Shown: positions 14,838 through 30,200, numbered from the stretch's first letter. The stretch is DNA of 64,000 nucleotides from Lingula anatina (GCA_051362555.1 CM120640.1:20460001-20524000); one strand, 5' to 3'. Notes: generated from the sequence alone by a model not told the origin. Numbers and translations: made by a program.

Positions 14838-15128
14838 AGGGCCATTCAGAATGGATGATCCGAGTACTAACTGATCCGCCAACTAAATATGGCCTACTCC
14901 ACTTCAAACGCTATGACGTTGATTCCCGATGGTCTCCCCGCCTCCAAACGCGCCATAAAACGGATTACATCGCACCTCCGAGGTTAAATTGGTAGGCCCT
15001 TGCAGTGATGGTGTGAGTTGAGACAGGGAAACTATCATGGAATTAGCAGCATCACTTTTAAATTGGGGTCGGCCATATTTAGCCGGTGGATCAGTTAGTA
15101 CTCGGATCATGTATTGTAAATGGCTCCT
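14838..15128. mobile_element. MITE with ~70-bp imperfect TIRs
   Basis: gatccgagtactaactgatcc...aaatatggcc inverted at 15060-15128, TA/TAA flanks. Confidence 0.8.
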
Positions 15129-15641
15129 AAGTCATTTTCTTGAATTCTGACCTGTTACAATACGGGTTATCTGATACTAACTGTTCCAGACTCTCAAAAG
15201 TTCTACCAAAAGAGCTTCATGGTGTTCTAAAGCGAACTAATTCAAGCGGGCACCAACTCACAAAGAACCTTTCTTTTAACCAAACAAAACTACTCAAATA
15301 ATTAATGTAAAACAAAAAATATGGACTGATGTTTCAGATTGCGACAGGAGAAGCAACTGCAATAACACATTGCCTCTTGGATTTAACCATCTAATGTAAT
15401 TCTCCAATCATATTTCTTACACACATTTTCTTCCTCATTTTGCCAAAGCTTTCTGAGTAAACAAAAATCTCCCACTGTACCACCAAGCATGCAAAACTTG
15501 TCTTTTATCTCAAATTTATTTCCTTTATAAGCCTACGATCCATTTCTACAATTTAAGTACTTCCTCCTATTTAAAAAAACATAACAGCATAACTATTTCC
15601 AAACTCTAACATGTGGGTTTAGGGCCCCCAAGGCTTATATG

Positions 15642-15643
<2 letters not shown>

Positions 15644-15693
<50 letters not shown>
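15644..15693. repeat. Poly(A) tract
   Basis: Direct reading. Confidence 0.95.
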
Positions 15694-15694
<1 letters not shown>

Positions 15695-16395
15695 AGAAAG
15701 TCCCCTTAGAGTCATTTTTATCAGTAGATAGAATCTGGAGTAATTGAATTCCAGTTGAGGTAAGAGTGTGGTCTGCTGCAACCATTCCATCATCACGTTA
15801 TCAGTGCACTCAGCTCCTGCAATGCAGTCTTTGTTCACCTCCAGCAATGAAACCCCTTGTCGAGGCCTGAATTTTCCATAATATTTCTCAATCAAAATTC
15901 TTCTAATATATTTTGCCTTTACCTGGAAACCAAAGAAAAGAATGAATAAGAACTTGAATAAAAATATTGCTAAAGTCATTATGATCAAAGAAAATATATC
16001 ATTGTATAGAAAAGTCTTCAAATTTCATTTCTAAGCATTGAAAGAAAGTTATGAAGTGAATGAACTTCAGTCAAAATAAGCATCAACAGACATAAATGTT
16101 AATTCTGTTATGAAATAATATGAAGCAATTTTGAAAAAAAATTATCAAATGGCAATTCATCAATTAACAAAGTTAGTAAGATAATGGGCATCTGATCTGA
16201 TTTTACAATGAAATATTGCATTGCTTTAGTTGTGACAACAATTCCACAGTTCACAACTCTGCACAACCCTGAAGTCAATTCATTTCAGTCTTTTTTGGCT
16301 ACTAGTGATTTAAACACCACAATTACTAGATTGCTAAATTGGTCTCCATGACCAATAATTTCTACCACTAATACCAGGTCTGACTAAATGAGTGT

Positions 16396-16442
<47 letters not shown>

Positions 16443-16569
16443 GAATTTTTCAGTCCATCAGATAAGTATACAGCTTATCCATTTGACAATAAATATGAGA
16501 CTGATAATTACAAACAATACAAAACTCACTGGTTTGATAAGCATTGTTAAGCGGAACTTGAACATTTAC

Positions 16570-16646
16570 TTCTCCCACTGACATACTGTGAAAACTGTTA
16601 TTACGGCTGCTGGTTGTGGTCATTTCAGTTGACACTCGGTTTGGAA
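16570..16646 (-). CDS. aGPCR exon: Ser/Thr-rich C-tail ([25 protein letters not shown]); may read on to the stop at 16450
   Basis: tttcag acceptor with phase 1 match. Candidate donor gtaaat at 16569. Confidence 0.65.
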
Positions 16647-19600
16647 CTGAAAACAGACGATATTGGAAAGAGATATCTATAAAAACTGTGCACAAAGACA
16701 ACAACCAGAAAAACTGTTGAAAGCTAAGTAAAATAAGACAATGATGTGTGTGATACAGTGAAAAACACCATACCAAAGACAGACAGAAAACCAAAGACCC
16801 AGATGTAATTTATCTTGCATACATGTTAATTCATCCATGTGTCAGTCATGCAAGAAGGTGAATATCTGCCATCACGACAACAAGTTATGTTGAAATAATT
16901 TAATCCAAACAAAGATACTAGAGGCTATGAATATTATTTTAAGAGAAGACATTTTTTGATGCAATATTCTTTTATTGATCAGAGGACTACTGATTAAGAA
17001 TGCATGTTCTACATCTGGCTGTACGTGGCTGTATGATGAAAATGTTTTACAACCTATCACTTTGACTTTCTCTTACCTTTTGAAGAAGAGTTGAATGTGG
17101 AGCTGTCTTTGGGTTTTGGACAGCAAGGCAAACTTCTCATCCACATCATACGAACATCATGCTTCAAGAAACAATGGAATATGAATACAAAGAGTCCTTG
17201 CAAGGAGTTGAAGATGGCAAACAAATAGTGGAATACTATGAACTTTGCACTGAAGGTAAAGAAGGCAAAAACCCAAGTCAACCCCAGCAAGGCCATGATG
17301 CCCAGGGCTCCTCGGACTTGAGACACCGAGGATGCCTTCTGGGTCTTGGTGATCTTTTTCTGCTGGACATGGCTCCGGACCTGATGAAAAACTAACCCAA
17401 ACGCCACAAAATTTATGACCACTGTCACAGCCACTGGGGTTATCACAGTCACATACATGGGTATAACTGTAAGCCAGCAGCTGAAAGAAATGAAAAATAA
17501 AAATTAATTGTCCAATCTTCTAAATTACATTTACTCTTCAAATTAAACACTCTGAGTCAAACAAATGTTGACCTTTTGAGAAATAAAATGCTTCACCTTT
17601 TCTGCATTGTTTGCAAATGTCTTAAAACATTTATCCATTAGAAGATATTTTGGCAATTCTCTTTAAGTATTTAAATTCAATTTGCACTTTCATTTTTGTC
17701 TTTCGTAGACACTTCAATTTTGACTAATCGTATCCTTATGATATTTCTTTTTTTAACTTATTCTCCTCATATTGATTTCAAAACAAAATAATTACAAAGC
17801 CTCCTCATATCCTGTGTAGTAGTTGTAGTTGTCTATGTTGATGGCAAGTGTGATTGCTACTATCACCAGTGGAACACCTGAAGCATTTGAGAAAATCCTA
17901 AGTCATTGAACAGTAAGTGGGATGAATAGGTCAAAAGTTATTTCTTGCATGTGAACTTTTTGTCATTTTAATTAAGAGGTTCAGTGTTAGTTACTCTAGT
18001 TGGTAACTGAATACATTGTCTTTCCTGCTGTGCTAGTACATTTTAGCTCCTATTTCATAGCTATGGTTTCACTTAATTCTGAATACCTTCCTGAAAAAAA
18101 ATTATTTGCCATCAAGGCCAATTTTTTTCTGGGGAATTTTTCAAAATAGATTTGAACATGAGAACAACTAGGAACTGTAAATAACATGATAAATCAGAAA
18201 ATGTTTTTTAAAAATCCCAATCAATTGTCAAGTTGGAGAGTTTCTGGCATTATTACATCACTGAACATTCTACAGACAAAGTAGTTACACTATTTACCCC
18301 AGCCAACTATGGCAAACTTGAGCAGAAGCTTCCTGTAGTAAGTCTGGAAAACTTTCACCAGAGCCAAGTACATGTAGAAAGCTTCTATCAACATCCACAT
18401 CAGAGTTGCCAGCAAGAAGTAGTGGAGCAATATGGCAACAGTCTGGCAAGCATAAAAGAAATATGATTGAGAAAATGCTCTTCAGTTGGAATCTGGTTAT
18501 GGGAAGGGTGGGCCCCTCCCTGTTTATCTATTGGATGCATTGAGAAGTAAAGAAAAACACACAATGACACTATGAATCTGTTAGTAGGTAAGAAGATACA
18601 TGTAAAATATTACTTTTATTTTGCTTTGGAGACAAGTACATAACATGAAATTAAATTACAAAAGAACACATAACTCATCTCATCACCAACTGACCAATGA
18701 CAAAGGACACACAGATGAGAAAAGTGCTGGCACAAACTTCCCTTTTATTTTTTAGGGTTAATATATATATATATATATATAATTTCATCCATGGAAAAGG
18801 TTGTTTAAATTTTGCACAAAAGCATTAAAAATATATCATAGTAATAAGAAATGCAAGCATATACTTGCCTTATAAACAGATTTAACATTTACCAACACTA
18901 CCCACAGATCTTTTAGCACTAACGCCCTTATAATCAACCCTCTATCAGGGCGACAGATTGATTTTTCACAAGATATTCACAGATATGTCTTTAGATAAAT
19001 AGACAGTCATTTCATTCTCTGCCACCCTGTGATGAAATCTCAAGGATGATTACATGGCTGGTAATTGTTTGCATAACTGCTCAGGCAATGCCACTTAACA
19101 GGCCCAAGCCAAGTCCCTTTGACAACAATCAAGACAGTTAATTGTTCTGTTTTTTATCACTTGCTCTTTTGTGACAGATAAAAATAGCCTCTTATGAATA
19201 GCATGTTACTTCAGATTGAAGTTAATTGAAGAATCTCCTGTAGTAGCTCCCTACAGTTTGGATACAATGCCATCTGCACGTGCACAGATTTAATTGCTTC
19301 CATCTGGCCAAAAGTCACAGGGTGGCTTTTTCAAGATTTCCCTATAATATTTGCCACCTTGGTAAAGGTAATTATTAACCACATAACCCACAAATTACGT
19401 AACCTTGTCTGGAAAAATCATTGGTCTGGTTGCGTGCCAGTTGTTTTAATTTTAGACATTATAGCAAATATCTACAAGATAACTGTGACACAAAGGCACC
19501 CGAAATACATATTAACATGTAAAACCATACCATACCTTGCACACAAAAAGATTCCTCAGGTCTTGTGTTCCAGTTACATAAACAACATTTAAACCCAGCA

Positions 19601-21187
19601 AAGCAAAACACAACTGGATCAAGATCTTGGAAGGAGTGTCTTTGCGCAACTTCCTAGAAAATACATTGTGTTACACATATTCATGTCAAAAACATGCAAT
19701 CAAGCATTCTACAAATAATTGAGATAAAGGCATACAATGAGTGTAGGATCTTTCTAGAGCAATTATAATAATAATAAAAGGAGATAATTTTTTGGTTTTT
19801 TCAGTATCACCAAGTATGGGGAAATTGTCATTTACCCCAGGAAAATAAAATTTGTGGCCAAAATGAACGGTTTTTATCCCTTTAACAAATTACGTCAAAC
19901 TTGTTACGCATCACAGATATGTTAAAACCAAGCAATAATGATAAATAACTACACAAAACAATTACATGTATGCCAGGTAGGAGATGATTGTCAACAACAG
20001 ACCCAAAACGCTGAGACCACAGCCCACATAAGTGACAATCATCAGAATTCTCCTGTTTAGTGGATCAATTGCTGAACCCGAGCCAAAAACATCCTGCAAT
20101 CAGACATAAAATGATTACTGAAGATTATTTCCCGCATTATCACACAAAGAAGCTTATACCAACTAATCACCATGAGAAAATTGAAGTTAATCAAGCTTTA
20201 TTACCTATGTCAAGGTACTATCAGATCACATATTGCATGTAGATTTCTATAACATGAAAGACAAAATAGAGCACGCAAAACAATTGTGCAACTTTAAAGC
20301 CAGAGGTGAAGGACTCGGCACTTAATTTCTGACAAGCTGACCAGCACTATATGTTTTCAGGTTTTTCAATCAAGATGGATGCAAAATAAAAGCTCTACAA
20401 TGATTTAAACACATTAACACACAGAAAGTCAGAACTCTTTGAATATATGGCTGATCATACCACCTTTATTTAAAGTTACATATGAAGTCAAATCTTTGCT
20501 TTTAACCCCAACCAAATGCCACCATATAGTTTCAAACAGCATGCTTCCCCCAAAACCGCATATGAACAGATATTTTGTTTTCTTTCTGTGTTATGTATAA
20601 TCCTCAGTTGTTTCCACCAATGCACATTTGAATACTTACTGGTATGCCATTTCATGCATCATACAATACTACGTACCAGTACTAAAAGGACTTTAACAAA
20701 ATGGATAATAGGACACTTTACAACCAGAATTTTTAAGAAGGTGCAGTTTTTTTAAGCTTTTTTGGCTTACAGTGATAAATTTGGTTTATCCTTTGGCATG
20801 ACAACTTTATTTGAGTCATATAGGAAACTTTTATAGGGAATATATGCACATTCATATATAACTAAGGGCTCATTCCCAATGAAATTATTGGTTTATGTAG
20901 ATTGATCCAACTCTGAAGGGAGTCTCGCTGAGTGTACGTAATCAGATTCAATGAATGACAAGCCTCCTCTTGGCCATGAGTAGAATACAGAAAAAGGTGA
21001 TTATATGAGTACATTAAAAGCAAGAGGAGGCGTGTTAATATTTTAATCTGATTGCATTCAGCAAGAGACCCTGCAGAGATCAATCTATGTAGAAAATTCA
21101 TTTCTTTGGGAATGAGCCCTGAAAACTAAAACTTTTACCAATAGGTGAGGGTTTTAAAATTAAAAAAAAAATCCCAGCAACAATCTG

Positions 21188-21253
<66 letters not shown>

Positions 21254-24200
21254 CTTGATTCACAAAACAACAATCTAAACTTAAATTGACATATGTCCAC
21301 AACCTGACAATAAACTGACAAAAAACTAAATGTAAATTCAGACCCAGCTATATTGTTTTGCTGAACTTGGACCTGCAGTTTTATGAAATACATTATATGT
21401 ACTTAAATAAAAAAAGGTAACTCTATTACCTTTCTCAATTAAGATAATATGAATCAGCTAAATCTCAATCCGATGAAATAAATATCACACAGGATTGAAA
21501 CTGGTGGGGTTCACTGGCACTTACCACCAGCAAAGCAAAATTAGTGAGATGGTCACAATGGCAGACCGTCCTGTTTCCTGGCTGGTCACCTGCCAGTCTA
21601 CAGCCACGCCCTGACCATCCTCCTTGACCACTGTTGGCAGAGAAGTCCCAGAATACACACTGGGAGTTGTTGACTGTCTGGAATGGAATGAATGACATGG
21701 CTTTTGTTGAGGAACCTCACTTAGAAAGTGTAATATAAAAAAATAGATAAAAATACAGAAAAAAACTAATAAAAATACAATACAGCCCTTCTTCAAAAAT
21801 TGCATAATCTCAAATGCATATTAAACTTGACAAACAGAATGGTGTAAACCCTTACAGAAATGATTCAGTAAATTTTAAAAGAAATGTGACTTGTTTCATC
21901 CTAACAATTTATATCTTTTATCTGTACCAAAAACCAAAGTGACTTATTTTATATAAATAACAAATAAATGAATAAATATAATCACTTCTTTTTCTCTCTC
22001 CAGATGTTTGAATGATATAGTGACTGGGTCAGCAAGGTTCTGGACGGTCAGTCCGACCACACTGCCTGCTATGATGTGACCATTAATGTCCACATACGGG
22101 TAAACACTGGTGTTGGTCTTCACAGAGCCAGGACTGTTGCTAACAGAGGCCAGTACCTGGAATACAAGAACAAGAGAATGTATTTCATTCCTGATGGGAT
22201 TGATCCAATAGTTTCTCATAAAAATTCAATGCCACACTTATTCTAATAGGTTTTTATATGTGGTTACTCGGTAAAAAAATAATTTCAAAGGTGAACCTAA
22301 CTCATTTTTTTTTCAAGTAATATTAAACAAGGCATCTTGACAATATGGTATGAATTAGTATGCCTTGCTTTGTTGGCCAGGAGCTTGGCATGTATTTTTT
22401 CAATGTTGAAAATTGATTTTCTGTACTTAAATGGTGAAAATCTGTCCCCCATCCTCAGACTTGCTATGATGCATAATCAGTTAGGATCCGTTCACATGAA
22501 AAATCTATCTTCTAAAAATCTATTTGTGGTATCTTGTGATCATGGTCTGTGCCCTGAATACCCTGCGGTGTAATTACTGGCAGCGCTGAGAATTAATTAC
22601 AGCTTTGGAAGTAACTGGCTCGCGCTGCCTGTAATTACGTCGCGGGGTATTCAGGGCACAGACCGTGATCACAAGATACCACAAATAGATTTTTAGATTT
22701 TTAAAAAATAGATTTTTCATGTGAACGGAGCCGTAAACTTTGAGAGCCCTAGGTAAAGCTACTGCAAAGTAATGTTGAACAAAACAGGCCAAAGAAATTG
22801 TCTGTATGTCTTATGCCCAATGAAGCTAGTTACTGTTGAAAAAACTTGATAGGGTTGTTCAATCTAAACTAGAGGATCAGAGAGGTGAAACTGCCTGCGG
22901 GTGTTATACCACCAGCTGGATAAAGGGAATTCATATGGAAAAAAAAAAAAAAGGGATATCATCTCCAGTGTTGTGATTGACAAGCTCTACCAAATGCAAT
23001 AAACAAGAGTTCTTAATTTTTTGTAGAAAATTACAATTGATAACAAAATTGTGGGAAAAAGCAGAAGGTTAAATACAAGGTACATTGCAGTAAGATTGTG
23101 AAAAACAGACATCTCATCTATAGTACTATGGGTGTATCTCTGCCAGTTTTGGAGATATAAGGGACGGAAAATTTGCAAAGTTGAAATAAAGGTCAAAGGT
23201 CAAATCCAAGAGCATATTTGGAATTTCCACAGTTTGGGAGATATTTAACATTTAATTTTCTTAAATTTGGACAAGTGTACTGACAGAGCCCAAAATGTAA
23301 GTATACTGAGTTGAGATTATGTGTGACCTAAATTCAAGAGATGGGGACACAGGCCCTTGTAGTCTAGGACACGAAGCGGTGATGGTGACATGGCAGAAAA
23401 TATGGCAGATAAAATGGGTTGGATCCAAAACCTATGCTGGCGGTACAATTGAAACACATTTGTTATAATGTAATTACCTTAAAAAAAGTATTTTGTTGGT
23501 AGACCACAAAGTGGACTCTGGAAGCACTGGCTTGCTGAGTGACATTCAGTCCTATGAATAATGTCCTTGGCAGACGTATGCCAACATCAGCCACATCTGG
23601 GACAGGTTCATTCTCAGACCCCACCAGTCTAACCTAGGTGACAAAAAACTTCTTTAACTAATTAGAAATTTGTACCATTATAACTGTTAAAAAGGGTTCA
23701 GTTTTAACTGAATTGAATTTATTTTAGTTATTTGTTAAGTCAAACAACCTCTCTGTTGGAGATATAAAACATCACATTTAAGTTCATATTCATATTTCAC
23801 TTACAACATTCTCATTAGTGTTTCTTCCACTCGATACAGAGTCAAATCCTAAACCACTGAATTCTGGGTCTGATGCATTTGCTGAGACAACTGACACTGC
23901 TAAATTTGGGGCCACAATGGTCAGATTCGTTCCCGAAATATCAACTTTTTCAGCAAAAGTATCAATACCCCGTAGTATCCTGCAATATTGAAAGGGGGCT
24001 AACATAATAAATAAAGAAAATTTAATTATTTGAAGGCTGAAGTTTAGCAGCTGTGTTAGCATGGGCAAATTGGTTTAAAGAACATGGGAAAAATTTTTTA
24101 AACATCTTTTGAACAAGGCAGCAAAGCTGTCAAATTTACATAAACAAAGCAGAAAAAAAAGGATGGATAAAAAAGGTTATTTTGTCAATTTTAAAGCAAT

Positions 24201-27200
24201 ATTACATAATGCTTAACATCATTATCACTACCAAATTTTAATTACATTGAAAATGCCCATGTGAAAAATTGAAAAAAAATTATAACAAATAAAACAAAAT
24301 GCTGATAGTGCACAAAAAATAAGGTTTTCTTTATTTTTGATGCAATATTATAATGTTCAACAACATAATCAACACCTATTTTTCACCATATGACATGAAT
24401 ATATAGGAAATGTAAATAGCATTGGGCTTCAGACCAATGGGATTTAGAGTCAAACATTCAAAACGCCAAAATATAAAAATGAAATTTCACTAAAAACTAC
24501 ATTAATTACAAGAAAAACTAGAGGATCAGAGAGGCGATACCACCAGCTGGAGTAAGTGCATTTCTAAGGAAAACAAACAATTAAACAAACAAAAAAAAAA
24601 AAATAAAAATAAATAAAATAAAAAAATAAAAAATAATAATAAATAAATAAATAATGGGGCACCACCACTGTGTTGTGCTTGTTAAGCTCTACAAAATGTA
24701 GTACACTACAGGATCAGAGAGGTGATACAGCCTCCGGGTATTGTACCACCAGCTGGAGTAAGTGCATTCGTATGGAAAACCAAAAAAAGGGACACCATCT
24801 CCAGTGTTGTGCTTGACAAGCTCTACAAAATGCAGTTAACAAGAGTCCTCAATATTTTTTATTGAAAATTACCATTTAAAACAAAATCACTGGGAAAAGT
24901 AAAAGTTTAAATCCAAAAAAATTGTGAAGTGTGGTTCATGGCCAAAGTTTGGTCAAAGGTCAATTTCAAGATCACAATTAGATGCTAGTAGATCTTCCTA
25001 TTCAAGATCAATAGTAACTATGAACATATCTCTGCCAGTTTTGGAGATATAAGGGATAGAAAAGTTGCAAAGTTCAGTTCATGATGAAAAATAAGGCAAA
25101 GGTCAATTTCAAGGTCACATTTAGATTTTGGAAAAATAGCCTGATCAAGCCAATTTCAAACCTGGACCTGCATTTAACAAATGTTCATGACTTCTACAAA
25201 TTTGAGGACAAAAGGTCAAATGGTTTTATTTCCACTCGTGTTATCTCCAAAAGTGCACAGCCACAGCAACAATGCCAACAGATGTAGATGAGGGCCATGT
25301 GTACAGACATGATATGTCTGTGCATAAAAGATGAGGCATATGATCAGTCAATTTTGGTTGAATTTAGTAAGAAAGTGGTGTAAAGAGAATTGCACTGCAA
25401 CAGATAAACATGTTAATTAGAAATGTCAGATGAGCCTTTATTATACTGGCCATTTAAATCAAATGGTAAAACTGTATCTAGTTCAAAATATCTTTTATAA
25501 AATTGAGTTTAGAAAAATCAAATTGATGTAGATGTAGGAGGAGGGTCACAGAACATTCACATAATCTTTTCCTTTGACTTCACAACTATAGTTTTTATTC
25601 AACTAGTCTAAGAAATAACTTCACTTTTTTGCTACTAAAAATTCCTTAAATTGATGCTAAATGAATTTCATTGTTTGTGCGGTTTCTTATTGCTATAATA
25701 AGAAAGAATTGTCAGTCAATTAATAGCCTGGGATGAAAATCTATATACCTGGCACTTAGCTAAATCAGATATGCAAAGTGTTGCAAAGAGGCCAAAATAA
25801 TGATTAGCCAAAAAGATGCTCTGAAAAACCTACAACCCCACAAACTGAAATATGTGAACTAGTTGTTTGGAAATTACATATTAATGCAAATTTTCCAGGT
25901 CTAATCATTACGGAAATGTTATTACTCAACATTACTCAATGGTATCTACTAAATTACATCATTTCTTTTATTAGAGGGATAATAAAAGCAATCGTCATGG
26001 GGAGACATTTACATTTAATTCTCCACTCAGCTTGTCTTCCTTCTCAATATAATCCTGCTCTTTCTAATTTTATCACACATCAATCTACCATTGCCCACAT
26101 TGCTATACACACACGAGGAAAACAAGTCACCTGTGGTGCTACAATACAAATATATTTTACAGAGAAATATAATGAAAGAGAAATGAGAATTCTGTACAGT
26201 TTAATGAATATAAGTGCATTACAAATAACGTTTGTGGGATGTGCATGTGGTCACTAACATCCTTACCTCCCCACCAGAATGTGTAAACATTTCACAAAAA
26301 AAAAAAAAAAAAAAAAAAAAAACAGCATAACTTTGTGAAGAAATGTCTTATTAAGTCAATTACAAATTATCAATGCTTCTATAAATTTGAGGATATAAAA
26401 GGTTTAATGGTTTTTCACTTGTTTTCTCTCCTAAAGTGCACAGCAACAGCAACAATGCCGACAGATACAGGTGATGACCATGTGTACAGACATGATGTGT
26501 CTATACATAAAAAGTTAATATGTGGCACATGATCAGTCAATTTTGATTGACTTTATAAGAAAGTGGTGTAAAGAGAATTACATTGCAACAGATAAACACG
26601 TTAATTAGAAATGCCAAACTGTGGAGATGAGCCTTGATTATACTATCCATTTAAAATCAAACGGTATAACTGCATCCAGTTCAAAACATTTATTCTTTTA
26701 TAAAATTGAATGTATATAAATTTAATTGATGTAGATGCAAGAGGAGGATCACAGAACATTCATATAATCTTATCCTTTGTTTGCATATATATATATAACT
26801 ATAGCTTTTATTCAACTAGTAATAATTTCACTCTCTTGCTACTAGAAAATTCCTTGATGCTAAATGAGTTTTGTTGTTTGTGCGGTTTTTTTATTGCTAT
26901 AATAAGAAAGAATTGTTAGTCAATTAAATAGCCTGGGATGCAAATCTATATATCTGACACTAAGCTGGATCTGATATGCAAAAGGTTACAGAGGCCACAA
27001 TACTGATTAAGCCAAAAGATGATCTGAAAAACTCATTCAATTGTATCTATTACATTACATCATTTCTTTTATTAGAGGGATAATAAAAGTGACTGCCACG
27101 AGGGTGACATACACATTCAATTCTCCACTTAGCATGTCTTCCTTCTCAATATAATCTTGCCATTTCCAATTTATCATGCAATAATCTACCATTGCCCACA

Positions 27201-30200
27201 TTGCGATGCATACACCAGGAAAACAAGAACTTACCAGATATAATTTCATGACTATTTAAAATGTGTTCATGGATGCATGCAAAAGCATCATCATGCAATG
27301 TCAGCTTGTGAAGGCCAGCAGTCAAATCCATTAGCGGACATTGCCTCTGACAGTTGCTCCGTGAAACTCGGGATATTGCAATGAAGTGAAAAATTTTTTT
27401 ATATGACCATTTTAACATAAAACATCACGAAATGTACATATCTCATATGGGATGTAAACCTTTCCCTCTGAAGCGATTATGTGACTTTCTGGGTTGGAAG
27501 GTTAGGATGTTAGTGGCCACGTACACATCACACAAGCCTAATTTGTAATATACTTATATTCATTAAACTGTGCTTTAATCATATTTCTTAGTAAGATATA
27601 TTCGTATTATAGCAGCACTTCTTCCAATGGCATTACTCATTGTGTGCATTCGCAACTATTATAAAGGTCCATTGAGAATGAGTTTGGTTGCAATAGCTAA
27701 TGCATACTAACTCTACGTTTGAGGGATGAAAAATAACATATGGCTTTTAATAGATTAGAAAGTCTGTTTCTCTGATTTTTTTCTTTTTGCTGCACTTGCG
27801 TACACATTTCATTTGAAAAACAGCTCAACTCGCAAATGTGTCCATATTCTGTGATGATCTGGTGCAAAAGATGTTGGTCATTATGTTAGTACCATTGTAC
27901 CTCCTAACAATGACACTTAAGATGAGAATGATACAGTTAATGATTATATTTACTAAAATGTATTTAGTAAGCAATATCTGGAAAAGAAATGAAAAACTAA
28001 AATGATAACTCTTGAAAATATACCTTGCAATAAGTAAAGCAATTAAGAATATGACAAACTTATTATTGATTTGACTTAAGCATCTATAATAAAGCCTATA
28101 ACGTACTGAGAGGACCTTCATAAAATCTAAGAATGTCTAAGAATACTCTAGCCATCTTATTACCTGTTCACTGACTGGCTGTTTGTTTCTGACTTCAGCA
28201 AAGAGTCTTGGCCACTCCCCAACAAATTACTTTGGGTGTGCACGACATCATGTGCAACACGTGCTACGTGTGTTGAATTTAATGCTAGAATGCGGTCCAA
28301 CAGACCTGTGGCTATTTCCACCTCTCCCTCTGATAATTCTTCACTGGATGTTGCATTACGTAATGATCCTGATATCTCCTCAACATTATCTAAAAATATC
28401 AATTCATTTCAACCATTTTAATTAAATTGAATTAAGTTTGTGTATTGGTAGCCAACAAACTGAGGATTAGGAGCACTCCCAATATAATCATAATGAAAAA
28501 GAATAAAACCTGAAGATACTTAAATATTTCTTCAAATAAAATCAAAAGTTATGGATGGATTTTGATGAAATTTTCAAGCAGAATACATAAAAAAAAAATC
28601 ATTTTTTGGGAAACATGAAACAATGTCCTATGGTAATTCTGTAAGTTATACTATATGAATCTATACGGTAGCATTGAGTTGGGTTTTGTGGCATGTAAGT
28701 TTCTCTTTTGGCTTAAAAATGTTTAAAGGGATAATAACTCTTCATATGAGATCTATATTTCACAATAAAAACATTGTTAACAACTCATAAAAATATAACA
28801 TATTCTGTTTTACCACAAAAACGGCAGTTATAGCTATTATTCTGATATCTGAGCTTGTCATTGGACCACATGACCTCCATAGATGGCTATACTCTATAAA
28901 AATCTCTTAAGAGATTATTACAAAAAACAAACTTTTTAGAAAAAAAAAAAACAGGGACTAACTTTGAATGTAGAAATGGATTCATTAACCATTGATAAGT
29001 ATGGGAAAATTGTTTACTCCAGGAAAATTAATTTTTTGGCCAAAACGAACAGTTATTATCCCTCTAAATATTGCCAGTTGGTGTATGATAACTGAGTTTT
29101 TAAGACAAATCCCCCCTGCATGAGGAAATAATCTGATTATCATAATCCTAACCAGCATATCTTATCCAATCACAGTCTACATGCAGCCACTAAAAGCAAG
29201 CACTCTCGTCTATTACAGCTAATCTCGACAAGAAGTAAGATGTCTCTGATCACTAACAATCCTCAATCATTGTGCACATTCTGGTTTTATGCTTCAATTT
29301 AGCAGATATATAGGTAAGATAATACTTGCTTTCCATCCCTGTTTCCTCCCCATAATCTCCTCTTGCTTACAGTAAACCTATTCTGTACTCATAAAAGTTT
29401 ATTTTCTTTGTAATAATATGTTATATTATTGCTTTTATTGGGTAATCTAGTAGTGCAAGCCTCTTTAATGAACATTTGATCAGATCAGCCATCTTGACGT
29501 GCACCACCACCCATTCAATTTTTATAATAGGATATTATGCAACTTTTAGCTAAAACCAAAAAAATTTGCCCATCATTTTCCATGAAAATAATAAATAAAA
29601 ATAAAAAACACATACCTTGGTCCACTTTTGTATCATTCAGATCAAGGAGTACTTTTCTTTGAGCTGTCATGCAGTTGTCATGGTTCGGGGGCAGCCAGTA
29701 TACAATTCCTGTTGGAATGTCTAATGTGCTAGGAGGAAAGACAAACTGCTCTAACATTTACAACAATGATGAGACTAAACTCAGTCTAAAGTTTCTAACA
29801 ATCATCACATATATTCATGAATACTTTTGGAAAGTCATCATTAAAGGGATAACAACTGTTCGTTTTGGCCAAAAAATGGATTTTCCTGGGGTATTAGACA
29901 ATTTTCCAATGGTTAATGAATCCATTCAGACATTAAAAGTTAGTCCAGTTTTTTTTCTCTAAAAAGTTTTTTTAGAGAGGTATAGCCACTATGAGAGCCC
30001 ACATGGTCAGATGACAAGCACAGATTCCAGTATAACCACTGTTTAGTTGGTAATTTAAAAATGGAATTTATTGTTTTTCTATGAGTTCTTTTTTACAAAT
30101 TGTTAAATTGTGAAATATTAATCTGATATCAACAGTTGTTGTTTTAATTCAAAACCATGCTGGATGCTACTTTATACATATACCTGTACTCACCACTGTC

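Noticed and set aside
17159-18466. Plus-strand ORFs 17159-17395 and 18233-18466; likewise the minus-strand ORFs inside 45650-47221
   Set aside because: Antisense shadows of real coding exons.
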